Shown here in pieces: positions 27,520 through 36,378 of a stretch of DNA of 48,535 nt; the first letter of the stretch is position 1; each line of letters opens with the position of its first letter. Position numbers and translations under genes: made by a program. The notes below the pieces were generated by a model. That model did no database searches and was not told where the DNA came from. It saw only the letters and a program-made list of their open reading frames with translations. This stretch comes from Candidatus Kapaibacterium sp. (lineage in GTDB: Bacteria > Bacteroidota > Ignavibacteria > Kapaibacteriales > UBA2268): NCBI GenBank assembly GCA_017995735.1, contig JAGOIG010000001.1:1-48535 (forward strand). Direction: 5' to 3'.

Positions 27520-28895
27520 TGAATTTAGCACTAATCGATATTTTCATTATTGCAATATACTTCATTTTTATACTCTTTCTTGGCTTTAAAGCAAAAAGTA
27601 AATCTTTAGGTTCTGATGATGAATCTTATTTGCTTGCAAGCCGCAGGCTCACTTTACCTTTTTTTGTTGCGAGCATTGTCGCAACTTGGTATGGCAATAT
27701 TTTAGGGGTTGGTGAATTTATATATTCCAGCGGATTGGTAGGTTGGATTTGCTTCGGTGTCCCTTACTATATTTCCGCTGTTATATTTGCTTTATTTTTT
27801 GCAGATAAAATACGTAATCTGGGTTTCAAAACATTACCCGAGCAAATTGCTCATAAATTCGGCGATAATGCTGGCAATATCGCTTCTATTATTATTTTGA
27901 TTATAACATTGCCCGCAGTATATGTGCTTATGCTTGGTGTTATTTTTCAAATGTTTACAGGTGCCTCTCTTGTGCTTTCAATAGTGTGTGTTTCGATTAT
28001 ATCGCTGATTTATCTCTTCTGGGGTGGTTTTAAAGCTGATATTTGGACAAACACTGCTCAATTCATTATTATGTATCTTGGATTTTTTATTTTACTTTTC
28101 TTTTCAATAAAACAATTTGGTAGTGTTGGTGAGATGTTGGGTAAATTGCCTAAAGACCATCTGACAATAACAGGTAATAAGTCCTGGCAATATGTTCTGG
28201 GCTGGTTTATTATATCATTGCAAACTTTTGTAGATCCTTCATTCCATCAAAGGTCTGCCGCTGTTAAATCACCTAAAATTGCACGTCAAGGGCTTCTTTT
28301 GGCAGTACTTTGCTGGATAATTTTCGATTTGCTGACACTTTTTACAGGCTTTTATGCAAGGGCAAATATGATTGGCATCGAACCATTAAAAGCATATCCC
28401 GAACTCGGCAATGCAGTATTGCCACCATTTTATAAAGGTATCTTTGTAATTGCTATGCTTAGTGTAATAATGTCAACGCTCGATAGCTATGCATTTATTT
28501 CTTCTGCTACAATTGGAAATGATATATTAGCTAAGATATTTAAAAAGCAACGTTCTATTAAATTTTACACTCAAATCGGTCTTGTAATTACATCAGTATT
28601 TTCTATTGCACTTGCTTTATTAATTCCATCAGCAATTGATTTGATTTATAAAACTGCTTCAATTGCGATTCCGGGTTTAATTGTCCCGACAATTTTGACT
28701 TATACAAAAAAATATACTATAGAACCAAATAAAATAGTCTGGGTTTTTTTAATTCCCTCACTTATTGCTTTGCTATGGATAATTATACCCCCAATTTTTA
28801 AAATTAATAATTTTTTTAGGAATATTGAACCAATGATTCCTGCGATTATTATTGCTTTTATTATTGGAGCAATATTCATAAATAAGTCTAACTGA
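27519..28895 (+). CDS. Sodium:solute symporter family transporter
   Basis: 458 aa, about 12-13 TM helices. The N-terminal YLLASRRL..., WYGNILG and later motifs are consistent with the SSF family. GTG start overlaps the holA stop (TAGTG). Confidence 0.75.
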   Translation: MNLALIDIFIIAIYFIFILFLGFKAKSKSLGSDDESYLLASRRLTLPFFVASIVATWYGNILGVGEFIYSSGLVGWICFGVPYYISAVIFALFFADKIRNLGFKTLPEQIAHKFGDNAGNIASIIILIITLPAVYVLMLGVIFQMFTGASLVLSIVCVSIISLIYLFWGGFKADIWTNTAQFIIMYLGFFILLFFSIKQFGSVGEMLGKLPKDHLTITGNKSWQYVLGWFIISLQTFVDPSFHQRSAAVKSPKIARQGLLLAVLCWIIFDLLTLFTGFYARANMIGIEPLKAYPELGNAVLPPFYKGIFVIAMLSVIMSTLDSYAFISSATIGNDILAKIFKKQRSIKFYTQIGLVITSVFSIALALLIPSAIDLIYKTASIAIPGLIVPTILTYTKKYTIEPNKIVWVFLIPSLIALLWIIIPPIFKINNFFRNIEPMIPAIIIAFIIGAIFINKSN

Positions 28896-28923
28896 TATGC
28901 ACTTTAAGCAAATTTAAAATAAA

Positions 28924-28961
28924 AAATGCTTTACTCACCAAAATAAATAAGTAAAGCATTT
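28924..28961. terminator. Bidirectional hairpin between the convergent symporter and oxidoreductase operons
   Basis: Perfect 12-bp stem AAATGCTTTACT (28924-28935) / AGTAAAGCATTT (28950-28961), with an A-run upstream and T-rich sequence downstream. Confidence 0.65.
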
Positions 28962-28984
28962 AAATTTATTTAATAATTAATATA

Positions 28985-29539
28985 TTATGCTTTTATTTCG
29001 CTTGGTTGCACTAACGACATACCTATTTCAAATGCTTTTTGATTTAAGGGAATTAGATGATGATAACGCTCGGGTAAAACTTTTTTCAATGCTTCATAAA
29101 TAGTTTCTACAGCCACAGTCTTCCTTAGCGCAATGAAAGCACCAAGTACAATCATATTTAGAACTCGCATATTCTTTAACTTAGCTGCCTCTTCACTTGC
29201 AGATATTCCATAGACTTTAATATCCTTTCGAGTAGGAGGTTTCAATATATTTGTGCTATCATAAAGCAGAATTCCATTTGGTTTCACTTTTGATTCAAAT
29301 TTATCGACCGATGGTTGATTTAGTGCAACTACCGTATCGAAAGTTGAAATTATTGGTGAAGATATTAACGAATCTGAAATTATTGTGATAGCATTTGCCG
29401 TTCCACCTCGCATTTCGGGACCATAAGATGGCATCCAGCATACTTCTTTGCCTTCCATCATTCCTGCATAAGCAAGTATCATTCCCATAGAGAGAATTCC
29501 TTGCCCGCCAAATCCTGCAAAAATTGCTTCTTCTGTCAT
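28985..29539 (-). CDS. 2-oxoacid:ferredoxin oxidoreductase, gamma subunit
   Basis: FAGFGGQGILSMG...PSYGPEMRGGTA is the typical gamma-subunit motif. AGGAGG Shine-Dalgarno. Last gene of the four-gene operon. Confidence 0.85.
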   Translation of the reverse strand: MTEEAIFAGFGGQGILSMGMILAYAGMMEGKEVCWMPSYGPEMRGGTANAITIISDSLISSPIISTFDTVVALNQPSVDKFESKVKPNGILLYDSTNILKPPTRKDIKVYGISASEEAAKLKNMRVLNMIVLGAFIALRKTVAVETIYEALKKVLPERYHHLIPLNQKAFEIGMSLVQPSEIKA

Positions 29540-29540
29540 A

Positions 29541-30341
29541 TTATTTACCTCCTGGAACTTTTAAATCACCTAATGGATAATATGGTATCATTTTTTCTTC
29601 GACAAATTTATTGCTCTCAAGTGGTGTCATTTTCCAATTCGATGGGCAATTCCCAACTATTTCTATCATACAAAAACCTAATTTTTGTTTTTGATATTCA
29701 AATGCTTTTTGGAATGCTTTTTTTGCTTTTCTTACATTTAATTGTGTATGAACAGATTGCCTTGAAACATAAGCAACGCCTGGCAATTGCGCGAGTAAGT
29801 CGGCAATTTTCAGCGGATAGCCTTGAGTTTTAACATCACGACCGTAGGGGCTGGTTGTTGTTACCATACCTGGCAAAGTAGTAGGCGCCATCTGACCACT
29901 AGTCATACCATAAACGCCATTATTTATAAATACAACAAGAATATTTTCCCCCCGATTAGCAGCATGGATAGTCTCGGCTGTGCCAATTGATGCAAGATCC
30001 CCATCACCCTGATAAGTAAAGACATATTTGTCAGGCATCATTCTTTTTACACCTGTTGCTAAAGCACATGCTCGACCGTGTGCCGCTTCTTGCATATCAA
30101 TATTCATATAATCGTAGGCAAATACTGAACAGCCCACAGGTGCAATACCTACGATTTGATCCTGAATATTCATTTCGTCAACAATTTCCATCAGAATGCG
30201 ATGGACTGTTCCGTGAGCACATCCTGGACAATAGTGCAACGGTTTATCTGTTAATGTTTTTGGCTTTTTATATATAAGATATTCATCTTTAACAATATCA
30301 AAATTTACTGGTACCTCTTCCGGTGCATTATATGTTGTCAT
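29541..30341 (-). CDS. 2-oxoacid:ferredoxin oxidoreductase, beta (TPP-binding) subunit
   Basis: HYCPGCAHG N-terminal motif, GDGD...NNGVYGMT TPP-binding motif, GGAGG Shine-Dalgarno. 4-nt overlap with the alpha gene. Confidence 0.9.
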   Translation of the reverse strand: MTTYNAPEEVPVNFDIVKDEYLIYKKPKTLTDKPLHYCPGCAHGTVHRILMEIVDEMNIQDQIVGIAPVGCSVFAYDYMNIDMQEAAHGRACALATGVKRMMPDKYVFTYQGDGDLASIGTAETIHAANRGENILVVFINNGVYGMTSGQMAPTTLPGMVTTTSPYGRDVKTQGYPLKIADLLAQLPGVAYVSRQSVHTQLNVRKAKKAFQKAFEYQKQKLGFCMIEIVGNCPSNWKMTPLESNKFVEEKMIPYYPLGDLKVPGGK

Positions 30342-31414
30342 TTATTACCTCCATTATTAATGAAAAATTTTTCAAAATTTTCTATTACATCATCGGGTGT
30401 TGGAATCATTCCACCCATTCTACCGTAAAATTCTACTCTTGTTTTATCTCCTACAGCCAGTTTAACATCTTCTATCATTTGGCCTGCATTTAATTCAATA
30501 TCTAATATGCCTTTTACTCTGGGTGCAATTTCTCTATAAATTGAGTATGGAAATGGATAAACAGAGATTGGTCGTATCAATCCAACTTTATATCCTTTTT
30601 CTCTTGCAACTTCCATAGATTTCATCGCGATTCTTGAACCTAAACCAAAACCGGTAAAGATATAATCAGCGTCATCGGTATTAATTGTTTGGAAGCGTAC
30701 TTCTTCTTTTTCCATTTGTCTATATTTCGCTTGAAGACGTAAATTTACAACTTCCATACGTTCTGGTTCGATATATAATGAAGTTATTATGCGTCTTTCT
30801 TTATCATTTGGTTTTCCTGTTGTTGCCCAATCGGGAAATTCTGTCTTTCGTGGTATTGGTTCAAAAAGTTCAACTTTTTCCATCATTTGACCCATTGCTC
30901 CATCGGCAAGTATCATTACTGGATTCCGGTATTTTTCAGCAAGGTCAAAACCTAATTTTACAAAATCAACCATTTCTTGCACATTGTATGGTGCTAAAAC
31001 AAGTAGATGATAATCTCCGTGACCGCCGCCTTTTGTTGCCTGGAAATAATCTGCCTGCGATGGCTGTATTGTGCCTAAGCCAGGACCGCCACGAACGATA
31101 TTAACTAGCAAACAAGGTAATTCCGCTCCTGATATATATGAAATTCCTTCTTGCATCAGACTGATACCAGGACTTGATGATGTTGTGCAAGCTCGTCTTC
31201 CTGTGGCTGCTGCACCATAAATCATATTAATCGCCGCAACCTCGCTCTCTGCTTGCAATACAAGCATACCTGTTCGTTTGTTTGCTTCTAAAGATAAATA
31301 TTCTATTACTTCTGATTGTGGAGTAATAGGATAACCGAAATAAGCATCAGCTCCTGCTCTTATTAATGCTTCTGCCAATGCCTCATTACCTTTCATTAAT
31401 CTTACTTCACCCAT
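30338..31414 (-). CDS. 2-oxoacid:ferredoxin oxidoreductase, alpha subunit
   Basis: MKGNEALAEALIRAGADAYFGYPITPQSE is the typical KorA/VorB N-terminus, 358 aa. Substrate (2-oxoglutarate, 2-oxoisovalerate or pyruvate) cannot be decided by eye. Confidence 0.9.
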   Translation of the reverse strand: MGEVRLMKGNEALAEALIRAGADAYFGYPITPQSEVIEYLSLEANKRTGMLVLQAESEVAAINMIYGAAATGRRACTTSSSPGISLMQEGISYISGAELPCLLVNIVRGGPGLGTIQPSQADYFQATKGGGHGDYHLLVLAPYNVQEMVDFVKLGFDLAEKYRNPVMILADGAMGQMMEKVELFEPIPRKTEFPDWATTGKPNDKERRIITSLYIEPERMEVVNLRLQAKYRQMEKEEVRFQTINTDDADYIFTGFGLGSRIAMKSMEVAREKGYKVGLIRPISVYPFPYSIYREIAPRVKGILDIELNAGQMIEDVKLAVGDKTRVEFYGRMGGMIPTPDDVIENFEKFFINNGGNK

Positions 31415-31426
31415 TTTTTCCTCTGT

Positions 31427-31651
31427 TTATCGTACAATTTTTCTATAAACTGTGAATATTGAATCAGGACATATCAATGCACAATTCATACATCCTGTGC
31501 AATTATCTTGAACTTTAATTACATAATTATATCCCTTTGAATTTATTCGGGGAGATAAAGCTAGAGTTTTTTCAGGACATGCTTCTACGCATAATTCGCA
31601 TCCCTTGCATAAATCTTTATTTATTATTATTTCCCCTAAGGCTTTTGCCAT
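31427..31651 (-). CDS. 4Fe-4S dicluster ferredoxin-type delta subunit of the 2-oxoacid:ferredoxin oxidoreductase
   Basis: 74 aa with two CxxCxxCxxxCP motifs (CKGCELCVEACP, CTGCMNCALICP). First gene of the operon, AGAGG Shine-Dalgarno. Confidence 0.85.
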   Translation of the reverse strand: MAKALGEIIINKDLCKGCELCVEACPEKTLALSPRINSKGYNYVIKVQDNCTGCMNCALICPDSIFTVYRKIVR

Positions 31652-31816
31652 AATTTACCTCTGTTTAAATTTATAATTTTATTTATTAATTATTTACAAA
31701 TTAAGGAAATTTTAACAAATAGTAGATTAATTAATTTTAATTTATTTTAAATTAACTTATTAAAAATTAATAAATTAAATTAGTCTTGTCTAAAATTTCA
31801 GATTTGATCTATATGA

Positions 31817-32950
31817 TTACAAATATTTTGTCTTTCCTTCCCTAGTTAATTTTTCTACTATTCGCTTGATTTCTTGAACTCTGTCTTTTGGACATATTAA
31901 TAAAGCATCTTCGGTCGCACTTACTACCATATTATCAATTCCAAGCGCTGCTATAAGAAAATCATTTGTATTATTTTGATTAATAATTATTGAATTTTTT
32001 GTATCAATTGTTTCAATATTACCATTTAGATAATTATTGGAGTTGTCCACTGAATATATACGCGGCAACGCGTCGTAAGTTCCCACATCCTCCCAAGTGA
32101 ATACAGCGCGCTCGACCACAACTCGCTCTGCTTTTTCCATTAATGCATAATCTATTGAAATATCAGGAAGGCTTGCATAAAGCTCAAGAACTTGTTTATT
32201 CTTGGTCATATCAATTTCGTAAGGATTCTCTTCTAAATACTCTTGCAATTTTTGAATATTATTTCCAATTTCAGGTGTATATTTTTTCATATTTTCTCTA
32301 AACACATCTAACCGCCAAAAAAACATTCCTGAATTCCATAAAAATCTGTTTTGTAAGTAGTACCTTTGCGCAACTTCTAATGTTGGTTTCTCATGAAATG
32401 ATTTAAGTGGCTTAATTTGAATACTTGAAGTAGAATCTTCAAATTCATCCTGTATTTCAATATATCCATAACCCGTTTCGGGTCTGTTTGGTCTTATCCC
32501 GATAGTTGCAAGCACAGGATTAAATTCCACATATCTGAGCAATGCTTCTATTGAACGTGTGAATGCATCATTAGGAAAAATTTTTTGGTCAGCTGTTAGC
32601 ACACCAATTACTATATTTGATTCAGGTATTCCTTTTAATTTGTATCGTACTGAAATTATTGCTGCCATTAACGCAAGACTCGGCGCTGTATTTCTTTTCG
32701 CAGGTTCTGCTATTATATTTTCGCGAGGTATTTCTGTAATAACTTTTCCAATAGCATCAAGCATATACTGATTTGTGATGATATAAATATTCTCAGATTT
32801 AAAAACAATCAATGCCCTCTCAATAGCTTCTTCCAGCAAAGTGGGAGAACCCTCCTTAAATTGTATTAACTGTTTAGGTCGATTAATTTTACTTAATGGC
32901 CAAAAACGATTACCTGCACCCCCTGCCATAATAATTGCAATTCTTTCCAT
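31817..32950 (-). CDS. Mannose-1-phosphate guanylyltransferase-like sugar nucleotidyltransferase
   Basis: IIMAGGAGNRFWPLS N-terminal nucleotidyltransferase motif, EKP, WNSGMFFW, 377 aa, no C-terminal cupin/PMI domain. Confidence 0.8.
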   Translation of the reverse strand: MERIAIIMAGGAGNRFWPLSKINRPKQLIQFKEGSPTLLEEAIERALIVFKSENIYIITNQYMLDAIGKVITEIPRENIIAEPAKRNTAPSLALMAAIISVRYKLKGIPESNIVIGVLTADQKIFPNDAFTRSIEALLRYVEFNPVLATIGIRPNRPETGYGYIEIQDEFEDSTSSIQIKPLKSFHEKPTLEVAQRYYLQNRFLWNSGMFFWRLDVFRENMKKYTPEIGNNIQKLQEYLEENPYEIDMTKNKQVLELYASLPDISIDYALMEKAERVVVERAVFTWEDVGTYDALPRIYSVDNSNNYLNGNIETIDTKNSIIINQNNTNDFLIAALGIDNMVVSATEDALLICPKDRVQEIKRIVEKLTREGKTKYL

Positions 32951-32957
32951 ATAGCAC

Positions 32958-34022
32958 TCAATTGTTTGTTGCGATTATTTTTTTGAACTCGGTTATCACA
33001 GGAACAGGAGTCGGGTCTTGATTGTTTAGAATTGCAAGATAATAACTCGTCCAATCGCCTAAATAGATCAAATCGAATATTCTGGAAAATAGTGAATCCT
33101 CATTGCTTTGTAATATTATCGAATTAGGAACTGATTTATCAATTATATTCTTTGTTGCATAAATTCTTTTCTGGACTTGGGGATGGTCAGATTTATCAAT
33201 TAAATAAATGATAAAGAAATTTTCAAGAAATTCTTTAGGATATTTCCAGGAATTGATTTCATTATGGTTCATTTCAGGTATAAAATTCCCAAATGCAAGA
33301 TGCTTCGCATTCTCTTGTATTTGCCCTCTAAATCGTATATTGACAATGTTCAATATATTAGATGATGAATAAATAATAGGAATTTTACCATATATTTTTT
33401 TTGCATTATTCAATGCAGGATTATCATCACTAAGTTGAGAATATAATTTACTTTTTTCTTCAAGTAAATCTGCTATAATTTGTTCTTCTATTTCCGTTCG
33501 CGATAGTGTGCAAATCTTGCAAAAATTTAGAAGTAGAAAATTTAAAAGATTAAAAAATAAATATCCTAATGCTGCTCGTGGTTGATATCCTGATGGTATT
33601 TTGATGAACGGTATATTGTTTGTTTTGCATAAATTTTCTAATGTACCTCCACTTGCTATACCAAGCAAATGATTTGTCTGCTTCCTTGAATATTCAAAAG
33701 CAGATAATGTTTCCTCAGTATTGCCTGAATATGATATTGCAATAGATAAGCTTGAATTATCTAAAAAATTTAGTATATCATATTCACGAACAACAAAAAT
33801 GGGAATCTCAACCTCAGGAAATATGTTCCTGATTATAGAATTTGCTAGGTCCCCGCTTATTGCTGAACCACCCATTCCGAAAATAAATATCTTATTTATT
33901 TTACTGCTTTCAGATAATTTTGGTAATTGCTTGATTTGGGCTATTGATTCTCTTACCTGTAAATGATAATCTGAAAGGACTTGCCGCATATTTGAACTAT
34001 CAATTTGAAAATTTAATTCCAT
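32958..34022 (-). CDS. Bifunctional phosphoglucose/phosphomannose isomerase-like SIS-domain protein
   Basis: IFIFGMGGSAISGDL SIS motif, SYSGNTEET, 354 aa. The family call comes from architecture and motifs only. Confidence 0.7.
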   Translation of the reverse strand: MELNFQIDSSNMRQVLSDYHLQVRESIAQIKQLPKLSESSKINKIFIFGMGGSAISGDLANSIIRNIFPEVEIPIFVVREYDILNFLDNSSLSIAISYSGNTEETLSAFEYSRKQTNHLLGIASGGTLENLCKTNNIPFIKIPSGYQPRAALGYLFFNLLNFLLLNFCKICTLSRTEIEEQIIADLLEEKSKLYSQLSDDNPALNNAKKIYGKIPIIYSSSNILNIVNIRFRGQIQENAKHLAFGNFIPEMNHNEINSWKYPKEFLENFFIIYLIDKSDHPQVQKRIYATKNIIDKSVPNSIILQSNEDSLFSRIFDLIYLGDWTSYYLAILNNQDPTPVPVITEFKKIIATNN

Positions 34023-34082
34023 AATTAAATGCTAATATTAATTATTTACAAATTACAAAATTGATTTGATATAGGCTTTATT

Positions 34083-35414
34083 TCAAATAATATGCTTTCT
34101 GCCGATTGGATAATATTCAAATCCTAAATTTTGCATTTCATAAGGGTCATATTGATTTCTGCCATCGAAAATTATTGGATTTTTTAAAAGTTGCCTCATT
34201 TTATCAAATTCGGGATTTTTAAATATACTCCATTCTGTTGCAAGTATTAAAGCATCAGATTGATTAAGTATTTCATATTGGTCTTTGCCATACTGAATTC
34301 TATCACCATATATTTCACGTGTTCTTTCTATTGCTTGTGGGTCGTAAGCTGAAACCTTTGCTCCTTCTGATAATAATAAATCAATTACTCTTAATGCAGG
34401 TGATTCCCTTATATCATCAGTATTCGGTTTAAATGAAAGCCCCCATAATGCAAAATGCAAATCATTTAAACTTCCAAATCTATTTGTAATCTTTGAGAAA
34501 AAGTAATGTACTTGTGTTTCATTGATTATAAATGCAGTTTGAACAAGTTGAATTGGTGTACTTGCTTCATTTGCCGAATGTATTAATGCTTTAACATCTT
34601 TTGGCAAACAACTTCCCCCATATCCAAGTCCCGCATTTAAATATCTTCTCCCAATGCGAGGGTCTGATCCGATTCCAAGTCGAATTAAATCTATATCTGC
34701 ATCAATACTATCGCAATATCGTGCAAGTTCGTTCATAAATGATATTCTTAGAGCTAACATCGAATTTGCTGCATATTTAGTGATTTCCGCTGAACGAATG
34801 TCCATAAATAATAAAGGATTTCCGCTATTTAAAAATGGGTCATATAACTCTTTCATAATATTGCGAACTCGCTGACTATTGGTGCCAACTACAACTCTAT
34901 CGGGTTTCATAGCTTCTTCGACTGCTGATCCTTCACTTAAAAATTCAGGATTGCTGACAATTTCGATTTCATTATTAGGTAAAATTTCGTCAAATATCTT
35001 CTTGACCTTTTCCCCAGTACCTACAGGTACAGTGCTTTTATCTACTATTATTTTGTTTTGTGGTAAGTTACTATCTTTGATAATCTCAGCAATTTCTTTT
35101 GATGTGGATAACACATTTTGTAAATCTGCTGCTCCATCTTTATCAGGTGGTGTTGGTAGGCAAAGAAAAATTATGTCTGTATTTTCTACTGCTTCCTTCA
35201 ATTCTGTAGTGAAAAATAATCTTTTCCCCTCTATATTATTTTTTAATAGCCACTCTAATCCTGGTTCGTAAATCGGGGGAATTCCCTCTCGCATCTTTTG
35301 AACTTTTTGTTCATCAATATCAACGCAAATTACACTGTTGCCATGCGCTGCAAATGTTATCCCTGATACAATTCCGACATATCCTGTCCCAATGACAGAA
35401 ATTTTAAATGCCAT
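34083..35414 (-). CDS. ugd: UDP-glucose 6-dehydrogenase
   Basis: VIGTGYVGIVSG Rossmann motif, catalytic GGSCLPKD, 443 aa, GGAG Shine-Dalgarno 9 nt upstream. Confidence 0.9.
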   Translation of the reverse strand: MAFKISVIGTGYVGIVSGITFAAHGNSVICVDIDEQKVQKMREGIPPIYEPGLEWLLKNNIEGKRLFFTTELKEAVENTDIIFLCLPTPPDKDGAADLQNVLSTSKEIAEIIKDSNLPQNKIIVDKSTVPVGTGEKVKKIFDEILPNNEIEIVSNPEFLSEGSAVEEAMKPDRVVVGTNSQRVRNIMKELYDPFLNSGNPLLFMDIRSAEITKYAANSMLALRISFMNELARYCDSIDADIDLIRLGIGSDPRIGRRYLNAGLGYGGSCLPKDVKALIHSANEASTPIQLVQTAFIINETQVHYFFSKITNRFGSLNDLHFALWGLSFKPNTDDIRESPALRVIDLLLSEGAKVSAYDPQAIERTREIYGDRIQYGKDQYEILNQSDALILATEWSIFKNPEFDKMRQLLKNPIIFDGRNQYDPYEMQNLGFEYYPIGRKHII

Positions 35415-35599
35415 TTGTTATACTCCATTGAGTAATTTAATAATAACAAGCAATAATATTATAAATGTTCCACTCATTATTGCTATTTTTAATAATTTTT
35501 TTATTACTGAATAAAAAAGACTAATAAATAATAATATGCATAATATTTTTCCCCAAAGCGGGAATGTTGACAAAAAATTAATTATGCTTTCCAATTTAT

Positions 35600-36370
35600 T
35601 TATCTTAATTTAAATGCCATAGTGATAATGCCTTCCATTACTACGTTCTCTTTGAGTGGATTGAAACGCCATTGTCTCAAAGCATCCATTGCAGCTCGTT
35701 CTAATCTTGGGTCAGCTTTTTCCATTGGTATCATTTTATCTACTGTTCCATCAGGTAGAACAGTGAATTTGATTCTTATTGTCCCTGATGTATTTACTCC
35801 CGGAGGATAAACAGGTATCTTCTTTTGTAAAACAATGCGATTACCTCCCCCTCCCCATTCAATATCTCCAAGTCCCATACCTAATCCCGCACCATATCCT
35901 TTATCTCCTAGTCCTCGCCCTTGTTGACTCCCTTTTGGGTTGCCAATATTTTCTCTATCACTCCCGTTTGCATTAGGGTCTGATTTATCCGCAATTGATA
36001 AATTCTTGGATGGAATTACATTTGCGTCCTCAGGATTTAATTTTGTTGTTGCTGATATTTTTCCAGTTGATGCAATTTTTGCATCTTCTAACTGATTAGT
36101 TGGTAGTAGACCTTTATGCGCCTCTCCTTCAGCTGTTAAATTGCCTTTGCTTACTCCCGTTCCATCTCCTTCTCCGAAACTTAATAATTCAATTGGGATA
36201 ATATTACTCTTTGGCTCGTATAATTTGGGTTGTTTCATATTGAAAAAAGAAGTTATGAAGATAAATATTGAACATAATATAACTGATATTGCAAATCCAA
36301 GGTATGTATTCCTATCCCACGGAACCCTAATATTGAAAAATTCTTTATTATCAATTTTGTTATAATTCAT
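35600..36370 (-). CDS. TonB/TolA-like energy-transducer family protein (N-terminal anchor, Gly-rich linker, TonB_C domain)
   Basis: TM helix GFAISVILCSIFIFITSFF. C-terminal YPPGVNTSGTIRIKFTVLPDGTV...AAMDALRQWRFNP matches the TonB_C pattern. GGGGGAG Shine-Dalgarno. Confidence 0.75.
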   Translation of the reverse strand: MNYNKIDNKEFFNIRVPWDRNTYLGFAISVILCSIFIFITSFFNMKQPKLYEPKSNIIPIELLSFGEGDGTGVSKGNLTAEGEAHKGLLPTNQLEDAKIASTGKISATTKLNPEDANVIPSKNLSIADKSDPNANGSDRENIGNPKGSQQGRGLGDKGYGAGLGMGLGDIEWGGGGNRIVLQKKIPVYPPGVNTSGTIRIKFTVLPDGTVDKMIPMEKADPRLERAAMDALRQWRFNPLKENVVMEGIITMAFKLR

Positions 36371-36378
36371 TTCTCCCC

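Noticed and set aside
30685-31104. 139-aa antisense ORF inside the oxidoreductase alpha-subunit gene
   Set aside because: It is antisense to a highly conserved gene, and its Leu/Val/Phe-rich composition is what the reverse frame would be expected to give.
34879-35271. 130-aa antisense ORF inside ugd (also 34654..34875)
   Set aside because: It is antisense to a conserved dehydrogenase gene, Ser/Leu-rich and low-complexity, with no start context.
35418-35477. 19-codon hydrophobic micro-ORF (MSGTFIILLLVIIKLLNGV) on the minus strand, ending 3 nt before the ugd start
   Set aside because: It has no Shine-Dalgarno site, lies in AT-rich spacer where such ORFs arise by chance, and I cannot assess conservation. 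It would only be worth checking by ribosome profiling.
35567-35572. Sigma-70-like TTGACA hexamer and a small TTCCC/GGGAA hairpin in the 185-nt spacer between the TonB-like gene and ugd
   Set aside because: The TTGACA is on the plus strand and points antisense into the TonB-like gene, with no properly spaced -10. The hairpin is only about 5 bp and is followed by A rather than U residues in the transcript direction.
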